The notes beneath the pieces were generated by a model that was not told the origin of the DNA, ran no database searches, and was given only the letters and a program-made list of their open reading frames with translations. From the NCBI RefSeq assembly GCF_006345805.1, contig NC_043003.1:35278001-35342000 (forward strand): 64,000 bases of DNA. Reading direction: 5' to 3'. Made by a program: the position numbers and the translations under genes. This DNA comes from Octopus sinensis (taxonomy: Eukaryota). Shown here one piece after another: positions 38,698 through 55,651 of this stretch; the first letter of the stretch is position 1; the number at the start of each line of letters is the position of its first letter.

Positions 38698-41600
38698 CTA
38701 TATATCTATGTGTACTTTTGTAAATATTCATGTATTTGTGTAGGTGAATGTGTACATGTATATGCTTGTTTGTGTTTATGCATAAGCAAATTTTTGTTAC
38801 TCTCCATATCTTATGAAAATAGTCACCTTTTAACATTTGTTTGGACATTAAACTCCACAGTTCCGTTATTGTACATGTTACTGTATGACTGCAACGAACC
38901 CAAGTCTTGCTTATACCTAAGGAAATTATTTCCTTCTCTCCAACTCTTTCATCATTCTCTTCCTACTTTTATTTCTCAGTAAACACATCCTCATATCTAC
39001 ATATGGAATGAAAATACGATTTTGTGACATTCATATTTTCCCGTAAGTTATTCATGACGTAAGATAAAATGAAAGGAATGCCTACAACTGGGAATCGAAA
39101 CCTAGATGTATACTCGGCTCAGTGGGATATTACCTCTACATAGCATTATGGCGATAGACACTTCTTTTTCCTCGTCAATCCTTCAATTCATCCTCCTTCA
39201 CGTTTTCCCACTCCTACTTCAGTGTTGTGCCGTTAAACAGACTTGGCTGTCTCTAAAATCCAGCAGCCGTTCGTTCTTCCTCACTGCACTGTTTCAAAGG
39301 AAAACGACCGTCCTATTTCTTTCTTCTCGCAATGCACCTACCGCTAGCCACGCAGATTTTACTTCGTTGGCAATGGTCGTATAAATATTGATTTCTTTAA
39401 TGTGAACAATGCTTCAGATTCGTAGTGAACTGCGAGCGGGAACGGGTGTATATGATTGAGTGACGTTCATGCAGCTTTCGTCTGTATTATATTTTAATTA
39501 TATTTCTAACTAAATATATATCCTGCACAGAAGAGTGAGAGGATGTGTTATGATGTGAAGTTGTGAATTTCATGTGTTAGTTACAGGAATTTGCTCCCAT
39601 TCTCCCCCATTGTTAAGATTACAGTACTATGGATATCAGTTTACTAGGCCAGTGGTGCAATTTTTACAGGAATGTATAACCAGTCGGATACTGCAGATTA
39701 CTGATTCGTTATAATAGGAAATAGCCGACCAAAAGATCAAACGTTCGCACCCCGATACAGTATGAGTTGTGTATTGATAATACTTTTATCCTAGAAACAC
39801 CACAAACTAAATTTCTGTAAATATATACTGCAGAATAAATTGATAATATATGTTGCATCAGTACAAAAAGCTGAAAACAAGTATTTCGTTAGCTACCTGG
39901 TCTGTCATCAGGCTTTCCTATGTTTTCCTAAGAAGGGGTACGGAAAAATCACCGAAGCGTATTTTCTCTTAAATCTTGGTATGAAAACATAGTTTTCAGT
40001 AAAACACCCATTAACACTGTACAACGGAGATTAGTAACAAATATATACATTTGACTCGTTAATGTTAGAGGATTATTAGTCCTTGCTTTATTCACGCGTG
40101 CTAACACTGCAACAGCTCACTAAGTTAGTAGACTATTCACTGTAGTCTAAATCCTCAGAAATCTCTTCACAAGTACCAGCTAAAACATATAATTTTTGAT
40201 AATTCATTCTACCTAAAAGTATGTAACGTACTTTTTATGTACTAATATATTGAAATAAAAGAAAAAAATATTTACGTAGATAAAGAGGGTTGAATAAGGA
40301 GAGCCACCACATTTGCTGTTAACTATTCCTAATTTAGTACTTTAGTTACCTAAACTAAAATTTTGTAGGTGTTGTTTTCCACCCGTCTCGGGAATTTAAG
40401 GGAAGTCCATAAAAATTCTATTCTGACCTTAGATGATTATATACTACGGCAATAGTAATTTACGTACCAATTTCTCATATAATTACTTAAAGCGGAGTAG
40501 ATTAAATAGAGGCGACTGAAGAAGGGGAATTTTCCTTGTGTTATATGTCCTGTACTCTATTTTTCCGTCGTTTAAGAAAAATGTCTATTTCCTTAGTTTT
40601 GTGTTTATGTTTTCGTTTCTCATTGTGTTCGACGTTTTTTTTTTGGTGCCCTGTACCCATATATGCATGTATATATACATGTAGATGTAGGTACGTACAT
40701 ATATGTATGTATATATGCATATGTTTTATTTATTAATTTGTTATTATATGACGGAACGCATGCATCCATTTCTAAGTAAGTTGGTTCTTAATATATATAT
40801 ATATATATATACACATAAATACATATACAATTAGGCACACATATCTGTACATATATTTATATTTATATATGTATGTGTGTGTATGGACATATATGTTAAT
40901 ATACATACATACGCAAATTTATAGGCATGAGTACATATACGCATTTTAACAAAACAAAAGTAATTTGTACATAATTAAAACGATTCAAATTTTAATTGTA
41001 CAGAAGGTTTATGATGTGTATGCTATACAATCTTTTATACTTATTTATATAACATCATTTAATAAATAAGTTCTGAGGTTTTTCAGGAACGTGGAAGAAT
41101 CTCTTAGATATTCTTGTTCGCAGGAATAAGAAGTAGCACTTTTTACGGTTCCAGCTATGGGTTAACTAGCACGTAAACTATTGGGTGTGAAGGACGCCTA
41201 ATTTTTCGTCAGAACTTCCTTCTACGAGATGTTAAGTTCGTATAAATAAATCTGAAGTGTAAATGTTTCTAGATCGTCTCAACCTCTGTTGTGCCGCGAG
41301 TTTTATATCTGATTGCTCCGAAAAGTCGGTTCTTTGCAGTGCAACACTTCATCCACTCAAAGCAAATTCACCAACAGGAATTTCTTGGATTGTTCAAAGA
41401 TTTTCACCAATTTAATAAGTTTAGGAAGTGGTCTCACTTGGCAACAAGATAACTTACATAAACAAACACAAACACACACACACTTACTCTGTCTGTCTGT
41501 CTCTCTCTCTCTCTCGCACACACACACTCACATATACACTCACACATACACGCATACACTCACACATACACACATGTCTGAAGAATTTCTAATAAGAAAT

Positions 41601-41799
41601 TCCACACATATCTATCTAACAAGTAAACCTTTATAATTCCTAATAGCAAATGAAATACGTATAATGGTGAAGAAATAATGCCTCCAACTGAGACTACATT
41701 TTGGATTGTAATAATAGAATAAACAGATCTGCTTCAAGAGGAAACAGTTGGGATACACACTAACTGCCAATATATATATATATATATATGTATATATAG

Positions 41800-41914
<115 letters not shown>

Positions 41915-42375
41915 ATGTATGTGTGTATGTATGTATAAAAATACAAACTGGGATAAGAACGCAAAACATTTAGGAGACGATACAAAAAACACGGACGGGA
42001 TATTCGAAGCCTTCAATATTCAGTCAAGAACCGGATCATGCTCACAATTTCGGCTGATTAATCTTGAGATTGTTCCAATATGGCCAGCCCCAAGGAAAAA
42101 CTAAGCTAAGTGTATTAGATTCCAAGGAAGAAAGCTTCGAATGTATGCAAAACAAGGACGGAAAAACGGACGATGTTGCACGAATATAAATACAAAAATA
42201 ATACGTAAAAACAATAATAATAATACGTAGAAACAATAATAATAACAATAAAATAACAATAACAGGACATCACAAACAGGTGTCTTTCGACTAGACGGAT
42301 ATATATATATATATAATATATATATATATAAACACAAACACACACACACACACACACCACACACACACACACACC

Positions 42376-42444
<69 letters not shown>

Positions 42445-43199
42445 CAAAATGGGACAAGAACGCAAAACATACGGACAGCTAGGTGATACAAATGAGACAA
42501 CAAAACATCCAGATAGACGATACAAAGAAAACAAGGATGAGTCATTCGAAATTTTCTTTCCTCAGTCAAGCACCAGATTATCCACGCAATTTCAGCAGAT
42601 ATATACTATAACCGAATAGGTAACTGGTTCATTTTGCAATTGCTCTGTCCGGCGTTCGATTTTGCTGTCGTATAAGAAAAAACAATAATTTCGGAGGTTG
42701 CTTATTTGTAGGGACTCGGATGAGTGAACTTTTGAGTGAATCGTTGACGGCACAATCGTTACACACACTGTATTCCGCCGACTGTGGCTGCGAGTTAAGT
42801 GAAGGTACACTTATCGGTGATATGCTCACCAACTTAAACGGTGATCTAGTGAATCCACACCCTTGATCGACTAAAGTCCTTCACCATACATTATATTATA
42901 TTATAGTTTGGTACATCTGTTTTGGAATAATTGATCTCGAAGTAACAAAATGCTAAAAATAGAAGCATGTACATGCATAGACATGGTATAAACATATTCT
43001 ATTTGATGAATATTACTCACACACTCACATAAATACATATACGTATTTACCTATTCATGCAAGCATGCATATATATATATAGAGAGAATGGTTTATTAAT
43101 ACGTATATTACACACACACACACGTGTGTGTGTAAACTGAAGTAGAAGTCATATGTTATAATCACAGAAAATATAACTTTTAAATTTTGGAACAAGGCC

Positions 43200-44040
43200 A
43201 GCAGTTTCAGGAGAGGAGCTAAGTTACATCGTCCCAATGCTCAGCTAGTATTCATTTTATAGATCCCTAAGGGATTAAAGCTAACGTCGACTTCGGGGGT
43301 ATTTGAACTCAGAACATAAATAGACGGAATGCAGTTAAGCATTTTGCCCGGCGTACTAACGATTCTGCCAGCTCGCCGACTTATGATCATAAATTATATT
43401 AAATTCAAATTTTGGCACAAGGCCAGCAATTTGGGATAGAGGGTAAGTCAATTACATCGATGCCACAGCTTGGCTGGTACTAATTTTATCGATCTCAGAA
43501 GAAGGTAATGTAAAGCTGACCTTGGCGGAATTTGAAATCAGAAAGGGCGTCTTGCTAATAAGCATTTGGCCCGACGTGCTAACGATTCTGCTAGCTCGCC
43601 ACCTTAATCATGGATAATATTCTTTTCTACCCTTGGCAAAAGATCCGAAAGTTTGGGGGAGGGAGCAAGTCGATTAGATCTACTCCAGTACGTAACTGGT
43701 ACTTAATTTATCGACCGCAAAAGGATGAAAGGCGAAGTCGACCTCGGCGGAATTTGAACTCAGAACGTAACGGCAGACGAAATGGCGCCAAGTATTTCGC
43801 CCGGCGTGCTATCGTTTCTGTCAGCTAGCTGCCTTATAGGTAATATTGAAAAACGGTTAAGGCAGTGAGTTCCAGAATCATTAGCACTCCTGGCAAAATA
43901 CGTCTTTACGTTCTGAATTCAAATTTCACTGAGGTAGACTTTGCTTTCATCCTTTCTGAGTTGATAAAATAAATACCTGTTGTACCCTGGAGTTTAGGCA
44001 ATCGAATTAAACCAGTCTCCAAAATTAGTGGTCTTCTGCT
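43200..44040. mobile_element. Cluster of about four SINE family A copies (three minus, one plus)
   Basis: Repeated GAATTTGAACTCAGAAC / CGATTCTGCCAGCTCGCC motifs, and a plus-strand copy from about 43860. Confidence 0.75.
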
Positions 44041-44898
44041 CACATTTGAAGTTGATATTAAGGACATTTTTATATTTTTATCACAAAATAATGTGGTATC
44101 CAGTAAGGTGCAGGCAACATGTTAACTAAAATGCTCTATTACAAGATTTTATGACATGACATGTCATGTATGTCATATATGTATGTATATAAGTATGTGT
44201 GCATGTATGTATGTACGTATGTATGTATGTATGCATGTATGTGCGTATGTATGTGTACATGTGTATGTATGTTTGTGTTTGTATGTATATATGTTTGTAT
44301 GTGTGTATATGTGCGTATGTATGTATGAGTGTATGTGTGTGTATGTATTTGTGTATGGGTGTATGTTTGTGTGTGTATGTACATATGTATCAATGTGTGT
44401 ATGTGAAGGTGTGTCTGTGTGTGTGTGTGTATATATATGTATGTTATAATAACAATAATAAAAATCAATTCTTCTCATAGGTACTTACTGATCTGAAGAT
44501 GATGAAACATAATTTAACTCATACTAGATTTGAACTCAGTGGCAAGGTATCCAAAACTCAATTTCACCTAGGGCCTTTATATACCGTTCTAACAATTTTG
44601 ACAACACACACAAACACACAAACACACACAAACATACACAAACAAACGTCTACGCGACACATGCACACACTTTTACATACACACACACACACATTTTTTT
44701 TTTTATAAATTTAAATGTGAACAAATGACAGAAAAAATAAATTCTATCTCCCATGGTATTTGAAAACGCCTTCTAACTTTTCGTAGTTATGACTTTTAAG
44801 TGTGGGAATTTAAAAACGATAGTGTTTCAGATATATCGTCGTTAAAATTTGTGTGAAACGCAGTTGCGTGGAGGCGAGAGAAAAGTGTGTGACGGAGT

Positions 44899-44969
<71 letters not shown>

Positions 44970-47660
44970 GAAGAGAGAGGGGGAGGGAGAGGGAGGGAGA
45001 GTGGGGGAGGGAGGAGAGAGAGGAGAGAGCAGAAGAGAGAAAGAAGGAGAGAGAGAGGAAGAGAGCGAGAGTAAAGAAAATCTGAATAATTAAAAGAAAA
45101 GAAAAGAAACGAGTTTCACGTTACAAATTCACAACATTTGTGTACGGTACATTAACACTCAGTTACTACCGTATTATAACTTGACAGATCTATTCATATC
45201 TTTTATTGACTCATCTCAAGTTACCCCAAGGAAACATCGTAACCGGAATTTTTTGTTCAAACAGTATTCAGGGTTGCATCCGGATTTCCTTGCAGAATTC
45301 GGTAGAACATTGTCGAGAAATGGCAACGTCGTTTCTAAAAGAACAACGGCGCTCACACATGCATACAAGCATACATGCATACAAGCATACATGCATACAA
45401 GCATACATGCATACAAGCATACATGCATACAAGCATACACATACACATACACATACGCGCACATATATGGCGCAAAACTCATAGTATTGGTGGAAAGTAA
45501 TCTCATCACTACATCAATTAAATACAAACTCGCCTATATGTACATACACACAAACATATACAACTATACTGTTACAAACAATCAATTACGCAACATAAGA
45601 ATATCTTGAAATATAAGAGAGTATGAGAGAGAAAGAGAGAGAGAGAGAGACCGTGAAGTAGGTATTAATGAGGAGACATAGAGATGTAATTGTAAACAGT
45701 GAGAAAAAGATCAACAATAAATCAAAAAACTATATCAACATCATAACCACAATAAATCAAAACATCAACATTACATATCGTCTATTGACAATGCCAACAT
45801 TTATAATTATAAGCAAAAAGTCGTCCATAATTACCTTTTCACGAGCTATTATCACTCATTTCTGTAATGCAAATATTTCATTACTTCTTTCGTTTGCTCT
45901 TTTATCTTGTTCCAGAAATATATATCTAAAGTAAAACAAAGTAGAAAGAGAAATATCGGGAAATATAAGGTGGCTGGGAGATGGGAATAAACAAAATTTA
46001 AACAGCAGTCGCGGAAAAAATGTAAACAAATGGCTCTATTTTGGTACTTTTTTATTATATAAATTATTTTTATCTGGTTTTGACACATAAACAAACGAAT
46101 GGAACGAGCAACTTAGGTTACATTTAATATACCGAAGCTGTGATACCTTTTCCATAACCGTCTCTATAACACTCACACATAAGGTGAGAAGCAAGGTATT
46201 CAATCACGAATACCTTGCGGTATGAATGCCGGGGCCTAGTTTTCTGTTTTTATCCAAATTTTATTCTGTATCTTATGGGAAGGATGGAATAAGTACCAAA
46301 TTATCTGCTTCCCTATTATCACGTAAAACTCTTGAAGAAGAGGTTTCCTAGCGTAGCTGCGGTCTTATCACTAAAACTGGTAAAAGAGACAAGAAATGCC
46401 GAAAGTCAGTGATTTTCTACGGCAAAACATATATTTAATGATATTTAAGTCGTTAAACTAAAGAACTGACAGTTATGTGAATCAGAACACTAAAAAGAAA
46501 AACGCGATAAAATAAAACAATGAATATTTGAATGAACAACAGTAATGTGTTCACATTTCTATGTTTATACCCAACCATTGAATTGTAGAGGCAAAATGAC
46601 CTAAACTGGAAGAACTATTTTTGATGACGACCTTAACCAACTCAGATCAATTGAAACTGATGCTAAATATTACATCCTTTTGACTATTTCTGCCAACTTA
46701 CTATGTAACAGGATTTTATCATTTACGAGTTACAATGCCCTTTTCTTTTTTAATAGGTGTGGTGAACGTTCTACTGGATGGATTAATTCAAAGCTGAACC
46801 CCGTTGGAATATTGAACAGAGAAAAGCAAGTCTAAATTTTAAATGCTGCAACGTAGTTACATGAATGCTACAGTTTTGTATATTCCCAAATGGAAAAAAA
46901 AAAACTGTCCTTTTATATGCGATAGATTTCTTAATTACTGAAGAATATGATAATTTTTTTTCTAATTTTTTTATGGATGTCTATGGCTTTAACGTCATAA
47001 GTAAACCAAACCGTTTCAATTTAAAAATAGAAATCTGCTGTTGCATCATTTCAGTTGCATAGAATTTATCTTCTCACTATCAAGTCCAATATAATATTTT
47101 ATTCTGAACATCTTATATTATTCAGAATAAGAGAATACAATAGCGGAAATAGTGATAATCATGCTTTTCTTATAGTTACATGGTTCACAACAGTGAACCA
47201 TTTCCAATAAGACTCCAGAATGGGCGATAAACTAGGTTCAATAGAAACCTAGAAATATCACATATTATCTGTAATAGCAGATTTAATACCACAAATCAAC
47301 CTTGTTATTTTTTCCTTAAAAGAAATAAAGATTATACTGATATAAATTAAGGAAATTTTGTTGAGATTTTTATCATGAATTGCCTTGAACTGGTAATCAA
47401 GACCAGGTCGAAAATCTGATCTGAGGTGATGTTGTTCCAATCCGTTTGTAGTATTTCCCAATGTCAGGTCTGGTTTTAATCATTTGGTTATTTGCTACTA
47501 TAGTGCTCACCATCATAACCGATGTCGTCGTCGTCGTCATCGTCATCATCACCATCACCATCACTACAACTATCATTACTAACGCCACCTCCACACCACA
47601 CCCCCATCATCATCACCGCCATTATCACATCTATTCAAGGAAAATAGTTTCACATTGTTA

Positions 47661-48684
47661 GAGGTTGAACCTAAAAGTTCATAGGGTGGCTATGAAGAAG
47701 TTAGGGAAGACCTGTGAAATCTTGCATGCATTAATTTCAGCTCTTCTTATTGATAAATGCATTGTTTCTTTCCATGTAATCTGGCATCTGACAGTTTGAA
47801 AAGAAACTTCAGAAGTAACTATTTATGGCTTCTCTAGAAAACGGACAAAATGCGGCAAGTAACTGCAGAAAAAGCGAGTCTGTGGATCGTAGCAAGGACG
47901 TTCATGCTGACATGATTGCTAGATTAGAGAATAACACTCCGTCTTTATCATCAGTGCAAAAGTAGACCATTGAATTTAGAAGGAAAGAGATGAGTGTTGA
48001 AGCCGACCCAAGATCTGGACATCTTGTACCTGCCACTAACGACGAAAACATTGATTGTGTTCACCACATGGGAATGGATGACATACGATTGATTATAATT
48101 CAAATAGCCAATATTATTAGCATATTCCGTGTGAGATTTGAGAACATTCTGCTCATTGAACTTGGCATGATTAAGGCCTTCTGTTCGGTTGGTGCCATAA
48201 CTGAACACATCACGGAAGAAGCTGACGTTGTATAAGTCAAATTCAATTAGTTTCCTTAAACATTTCCTATCACTGAACGAGTGTTGGCTTCATCGCTTTG
48301 AAACATAAAGAGACAGTTCATGCATTGCAAACAACTCTTCTCACCTGCTCCAAAGAAGGCCAAGAATGTTTCATTTCCAATGAAGGTGATGGCTTTAGTT
48401 TTTTGGGTCACAAGAAGGCATAGTGTTTATCTTCAAAAGGGCCATATCATCAATGTAGTGTAACATGCCGTATTTTTGAGACAGTTACGAAAGACTATCA
48501 AAGTCAAATACCCCAAAACGGGCATCTGACCTGCGGTATGTCGTTTTGACGAATAGAATGTCATCTTCTTCACCAATGGAATCCTTAAACCGCAAATCTA
48601 ATGTTTAAAAATAAATCTAATTTTGGTTATTTTCCATTACAGTATCTTGATGTACCTATGAACTTTTCAAGTTCAGCCCACCTC
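47661..48684 (+). mobile_element. Second, internally deleted mariner copy
   Basis: TA precedes TIR GAGGTTGAACCTAAAAGTTCATAGG; right end CCTATGAACTTTTCAAGTTCAGCCCACCTC. Internal sequence is homologous to 11600-13350 (PRSGHLVPATNDENID, IANIISIFRVRFENILLIELGM). Confidence 0.8.
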
Positions 48685-51169
48685 AGCAACATTGTTTACT
48701 AGAAATAGTTGTTAATAACACAATTTCTCACGCTTTAAGCCTATCTCAAGACGAAAACGCCAGCAATCCATTTGTTACAGGGAAGAGAGTCGATTAGCAG
48801 ATTCGTTAAATTGTCAGATAAAACAAGCTGTGATATTTGTTCCAAATCTCTGTGCTCTGAATTCAAATACAGTTCCAGTTTTTATACTGCTCTTTTTCAC
48901 TACGGTAGTTTTTACCTGAGTGATCCTCTTGATAAAGAACAAGCGTCTGTGCTCGTTATTATGTGGGCAGTTTAAATCATTAGCGAAAGCATGCTGCGTA
49001 CTTACCTTAATGTCAAGTCATCATCGTCTGCAAATGACGGCTGTAGATTTTAATATTGTTTACATTAATTACTGCTCTTATTTTGGTGATACGATTTTTG
49101 TTATAACTTTTGTGACTATCATTTGGGGTTGATATTGCACCAGCTTTAGTCTTTGACTTACCTCCTTGTCTTCTTGATCATTTCAGTTTTGATATAGACA
49201 ATAGCAACGGGAATATTAATAATATTATCGTTGTTATTGTCAGTGTTCTTCACATTTTATAGCCATTGTTTCTGAGATAATGAAAGCTCCTGATAATAAT
49301 AATTTTGTTTAGGAGCAGGTCAGGTATGACTGCTTAAAACCTATAATCAAACCTATTCCTTCCATGACCACTTGACCGTCTCTCATGTATATCTTAGACA
49401 ACATATCTTATTACTCTATCACATTTCAAGATGGCAGGAGATTTGTCTCCTGTTTTAGCAGATCAAATACCACAACGAGATTATTGTAGAATTTTGCTTT
49501 GGGTCATTTCTGACTGAACAGAACTTTGATTACATGTACATTATTTTCGGGGGTGCTACTGATTTTCTGACAGAACAATTAGACAAATGACGAAAGGAAA
49601 GACGATGATGTTTGTGCCTAGTAATACTCATGAGATACTTTAGTAACTAGACTGATGTCATACTATTTGTCTCTTTCCTTCTTTGAACTTCGTTGTCAGT
49701 GGTGCTTACTGCATCTACTGTAAACAGGAGAGCAATTAGCCTTTGTTTTCTACGTACGCCAACAAACACAACCAGTTTTATTTTCATTCGGGAAAAATAT
49801 TATTAAAAACATTCAACAGAACCATCCTTCCTCGTAGCGAAATCCGCTGTTAAAGATCCTTAAGCATTTCTCTAAAGAATAACAAACTGAATTATATTTT
49901 TTTCTAAATTCTTGCTTTTTGTTCACTATTGCTTCAAAGAAAACTGAAATCAAAAGAAACATGTGCAGTCTGTTGAACAACAAAAACAACAAAATCAACA
50001 ACAAAACAATAGCTGCAGCAGTAATAGCAAAAATATTATTTACAAAAATGCTTTCTTATATTGACTTGAAAAGAATCAAAATGGCCGAGTGGATAAGGCA
50101 TTGAATGTATTGATAAGGAATTCAATGTATTTAGTTACTATTCACCACATGCGTTCCTGAGTAAAAGTCACTTAACTCATCTAACTGTTAAGAATATTCA
50201 CTAAATCGCCTGAAAACATATGTAGAAGATTTGTGGTAATAAGATTGACTGGCATGATACCCTGACAGAAACTGTTTCACAAGCGATGGGTATAAACATC
50301 CTTATTAGGAGCTAGACCCTTTAGCTCGAAGAACATTTGTCATTCCATATCTTATGTACCAACTTTATTTGAAAAGAGAAACTGCGTCGCACATGATTCA
50401 TTTAACTGCATTACCGGTGTTGAACAAAATTATTACCAATGTTGAAAATATTAATTCAAGAAAAATTGTAGTAGTTAAGATAGATCTCAGTACCTAATGA
50501 TTAATATCAAATCTGATAAGATGGAAGTCAATTCCTGTGAAATTTGCACGCAGAAAATAAAGGGACGAGATTTTTTGAGTTCAGTATTGATAACTTTAGT
50601 GGGAAAGGGCTAGTTAATTAAATCAGCAGCAGTATTTTACAAGTACATTATTTCCTTGATCCCACAAGAGGATGAAAGTCAAAGTTGATCTCAGCGGTGT
50701 TTGAATTAAGAACCTGAATATAGCAAGGCATTCTCGTCGGCACACCCAGTAATTCTGTTAACCCACCACCTTAAACTATATATAGGTTAAAATGATTTTG
50801 TATTTCTAAACACAAGCTGAGAGGCGGGTTAACTCGATTAAATTAGCCCAGTACCAGACTAGCACATATTTTATCGTCTAGGTTACATAAACGCAACACT
50901 AAGCAGGGTTTGAAATAAATAGCGATAGAGTTTACAGTAGCTGCATCATTACTGATGCGGTAGGTATCATTGTTGAAGCAAGAATGGTTTCAAATTTTGG
51001 CACACGACCAGCAGTGTTGAGGAGCGAGGGAAGTCGATTACATCGACCCCATTACTTAACTAGTACTTATTTTATAGACCCTGAAATGATATCGGCATCA
51101 TTTAACACGAGAACTAAATGCTGCTGAATCCGACGTGCCATCGAATATTGTTGAAATAATAATGATCCT

Positions 51170-51380
51170 TTCTACTAAGGATAAAAGGCCTGAAATTTGT
51201 AGGGAGTGGACTTCGTCAACTACATCGACCCTAGTGTTTCACTGGTATTAATTTATCGACCGCAAAAGAATGAAAGGGAAAGTCGTCCTAGTCGGTATTT
51301 GAACTTGGAACGTAGCGACAGACGAAATACCGCTAAGCATATCACCCGACGTACTAACGATTCTGCAAGCTCGCCGTCTT
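51170..51380 (-). mobile_element. SINE family A copy
   Basis: Reverse complement head adjoining (TAA)n. Confidence 0.75.
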
Positions 51381-51390
51381 TGAAATAATG

Positions 51391-51455
<65 letters not shown>

Positions 51456-51474
51456 TATTATTATTATTATTATT

Positions 51475-52325
<851 letters not shown>

Positions 52326-52958
52326 TTAAAAATCTGAGCAAACATTAGTAGTAATTGGTGTTGAAAGATGAAAAAAGCAAACAAAACACAAACGAATATA
52401 TCAAATATAGATTTCTAGCATAGTCTCAAATTCAGTTATACATATATATATATATTTTTTTTTTTCAGCTGAAGTATCGATTCAAGCCGATCCAGTATAT
52501 GACCGTGGGATTTGATCTTAGAACGATGTAAGTAAATGGGGCGTACCTAAACATAATAAAGCATACTGTCATACTTGCCGACATTTCTGCCCGTCAACCA
52601 CCCTCAGGACAACAGATGTAAAATGTACAAAATAAAATTTTAAAAAAATATTTTGTTTTTAACGATAAGAAAAAAAATATCATTTCATATTTCTTATCCC
52701 GGAAAAAAAAATGTAATTTAGCTTTCTTTCCTAACAAACCATTATTGTATGACAATAAAAAATTAGGGCGAATTTATTTATTGCTTTCCTATTTTTCATG
52801 CTTTCATTATTTATTTCGCGGTGCAAGTGACGATAGTGACAACGGGGGTGGTTGTTGAAGGTGTTTTGTTGTTATAAATGTACGTATGTATGCAAGTGTA
52901 TATGTATGTATGTATGTACGTATGCAAGTGTATATGTATGTATGTATGTATGCAAGTG

Positions 52959-52995
<37 letters not shown>

Positions 52996-53476
52996 GTGTA
53001 TATGTATGTATGTATGTATGTACGTATGTGCGTATGTATGTATGTATGCATGTATGTATGTATGTATGTAGATATGCATGTATGCATGCATGCATGTATG
53101 TATGTATGTATGTATGTATGTATGTATGTATGTATGCATGTATGCATGCATGCATGTATGTATGTATGTACGTATGTATGTATGTATGTGTGTATGTATG
53201 TGTGTATGTATGTATTTATGTATGTGAGTGTGTACGTATTATGAGAGTGTATGTGTGTATGTACACACAAACATACGAATATAAATCAATAGAACATGTG
53301 ACCCGACACAATTTTTCGAATGTATATTGATGAAAAGTAGCGACAGAGAAAGTAACGTTTGTTGGAGTTACTAAAAAAATATCCTTCTGTTTGCAAGTCT
53401 GCGTGATTGTCTGATTGCCTGCCCGTGCTTTCATGAATACGTATGCAAGTATATAGGAAGAGAATGACTGAAACAG

Positions 53477-53520
<44 letters not shown>

Positions 53521-53767
53521 AGAGTGGGAGACAGTGGGAGAGAGAGAAAAGCGCGCGCGCGCGCGTGTGTGTGTGTTGGGGTGAGAAGGGTAAAATATAA
53601 TTACATGTTTTGAAATAAAGGCTGAAATTCAGATAAATACAGAAATTGATAGGCTTTCAGGAACTGAAGGGACCAGTGAATATTCTTGCACATGCATTTA
53701 TATGAAAGCGCACATATGCGTTAGTTTGTATGTCCTTGTGTCTGTGCGAGTATTTTTGCCTGTGTAC

Positions 53768-54162
53768 ATCTTTATATATAAAAGTGAAGTTGTGTGTCTG
53801 TCTCCTACGATTTAGATTCCTAACTACTCCCACATTTTGCGATGCAGTGTAACCAAAAGCGGGTATCTTATAGTTGTGATTCATATCGAGCCCTTCTGGG
53901 TATTAGTACGCATCTACGATGAGTCTACGATTTTAAAAAAATTACCATCATTTTTTCCCATTTTTAATGCATTTTTTTGCTATTATATAAGGGAAGTAAC
54001 TCTCTAAAAATGTATTATTAAATCTCAGAACGTAAAAAGCTACAGTAACACCCCCCTTTGTGGTTAGCCATATTGAGATGGCTATTATACTTACATCTCT
54101 AAAAATGCTTATATAGTTCTTTCCCTTACAAACTCGAGCAACGCCGGGCGATACTGCTAGTA
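53768..54162 (-). mobile_element. Non-autonomous Helentron/HINE-like element, copy 2
   Basis: Reverse complement of 32652-33046. Confidence 0.55.
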
Positions 54163-54639
54163 TACCATAAATAATAAATTAGGACTCATGAATCCAGTTT
54201 TTACCTTTGACTTCTGAGAGGAAGTTATCCCCTGACAAGAGATCTGGTCTGTAATCTTGAAACAGAATGGTTTCAGCTTAATGAATTTATAAGATAGAGG
54301 GTGGTGATAGACTGGGTGAGGAATTTCCTCTTTGCTAATTAATACCTTTAGGTCATGACAAGCCTGTATTGAATGCATTGAAACTCTAAACATTGGACTC
54401 TAAACAAGGACGGTTTTCGACTTAAATGACAATGAATATCTGCAAGAAAGGGAAAATAGGTTGTAAGAACTTTCAAATATTTCTCCAGTGACGTTGACTG
54501 TGTAGAGAAACAGAAATATCTTCAACAGTGTATAGAAACTATAGTGCAACCTCAGTTTTGTCAAGATCTTAACTACCCGCTTTAAGACACAAAATAGATC
54601 AAAACGAAAATATATTTTGATAGAAATTGTTAAGTAAAT

Positions 54640-54788
54640 GAAAGAGAAGGTGCAGGAGTGGATATGTGGTAAGTAGCTTGCTTACCAGCCACATGGCACC
54701 TTCGGCAAGTGTCTTCTACTATAGCTTCGGGGGGACCAAAGCCTTGTGAGTGGATTCGGTAGACGGAAACTGAAAGAAGCCCGTCGTA

Positions 54789-54876
<88 letters not shown>

Positions 54877-54877
54877 T

Positions 54878-54909
<32 letters not shown>

Positions 54910-55115
54910 TGTATGTATGTGTGTGTAGATGTTTTTGTGTCGGTGTTTGTCCCCCCAACATCGCTTGACAACCGATGCTGGTGTGTTTATGTCCATGTAA
55001 CTTAGCGATTCGGCAAAAGAGACCGATAGAATAAGTACTAGGTTTACAAAGTCCTGGGGTCAATATGCTCGACTAAAGGTGGTGCTCCAGCATGGCCGCA
55101 GTCATATGACTGAAA
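54640..55115 (+). mobile_element. SINE family B copy
   Basis: Reverse complement of 7905-8290 (GTGGTAAGTAGCTTGCTTACC...GCTCCAGCATGGCCGCAGTC). Confidence 0.85.
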
Positions 55116-55651
55116 CAAGTCAAAGAGAAAAGAATAAAGAGTAAAGAGAAGGTATTCCAGGCAAAAACTGCAAAAAAAAAAGAAAAGAAAAATTGAAAAA
55201 AATGTGTGTATTTCGACAGGTTGGGATCCACTGTTCTAGAATATCTTTATAGCTAAATTTATACTGAGTATATATTTGTTCATCTCAGCATATATTATTG
55301 CAAAAGCACCTTAGAAAATTGATGACAAATTTGGTGATACTCTTCGGTAACTCTGCTTTGATTTCGAACGCAAGGCTCTGTGTATTTTTTCTATTCAAAT
55401 ATAAATCTAAAAATTATATAGAAATAAAAAGTGTTAGCTTCTATAGCCTAGCTAACTTTAAGCAACGTGCTGGACTACAAAACACTAACGATAAATGAGG
55501 CGGTACACCAATTTCCAAGCTGTGGCTGTATCCATCTTCCATGCTCTCACTGAGCCAAGCTACCGGTTGTACACACATACAGAAACAGACTAGAGAATGG
55601 GGAGCGTTGAAGAGTTGATTAATCTTTTCCCATTTCATACACGTAATCAAT

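Noticed and set aside
42541-42570. Minus-strand CTGAGGA...CGAATGAC hammerhead-like string
   Set aside because: GAAA is replaced by GAAT, stem II is unconvincing, and the sister module at about 42001 lacks the core.
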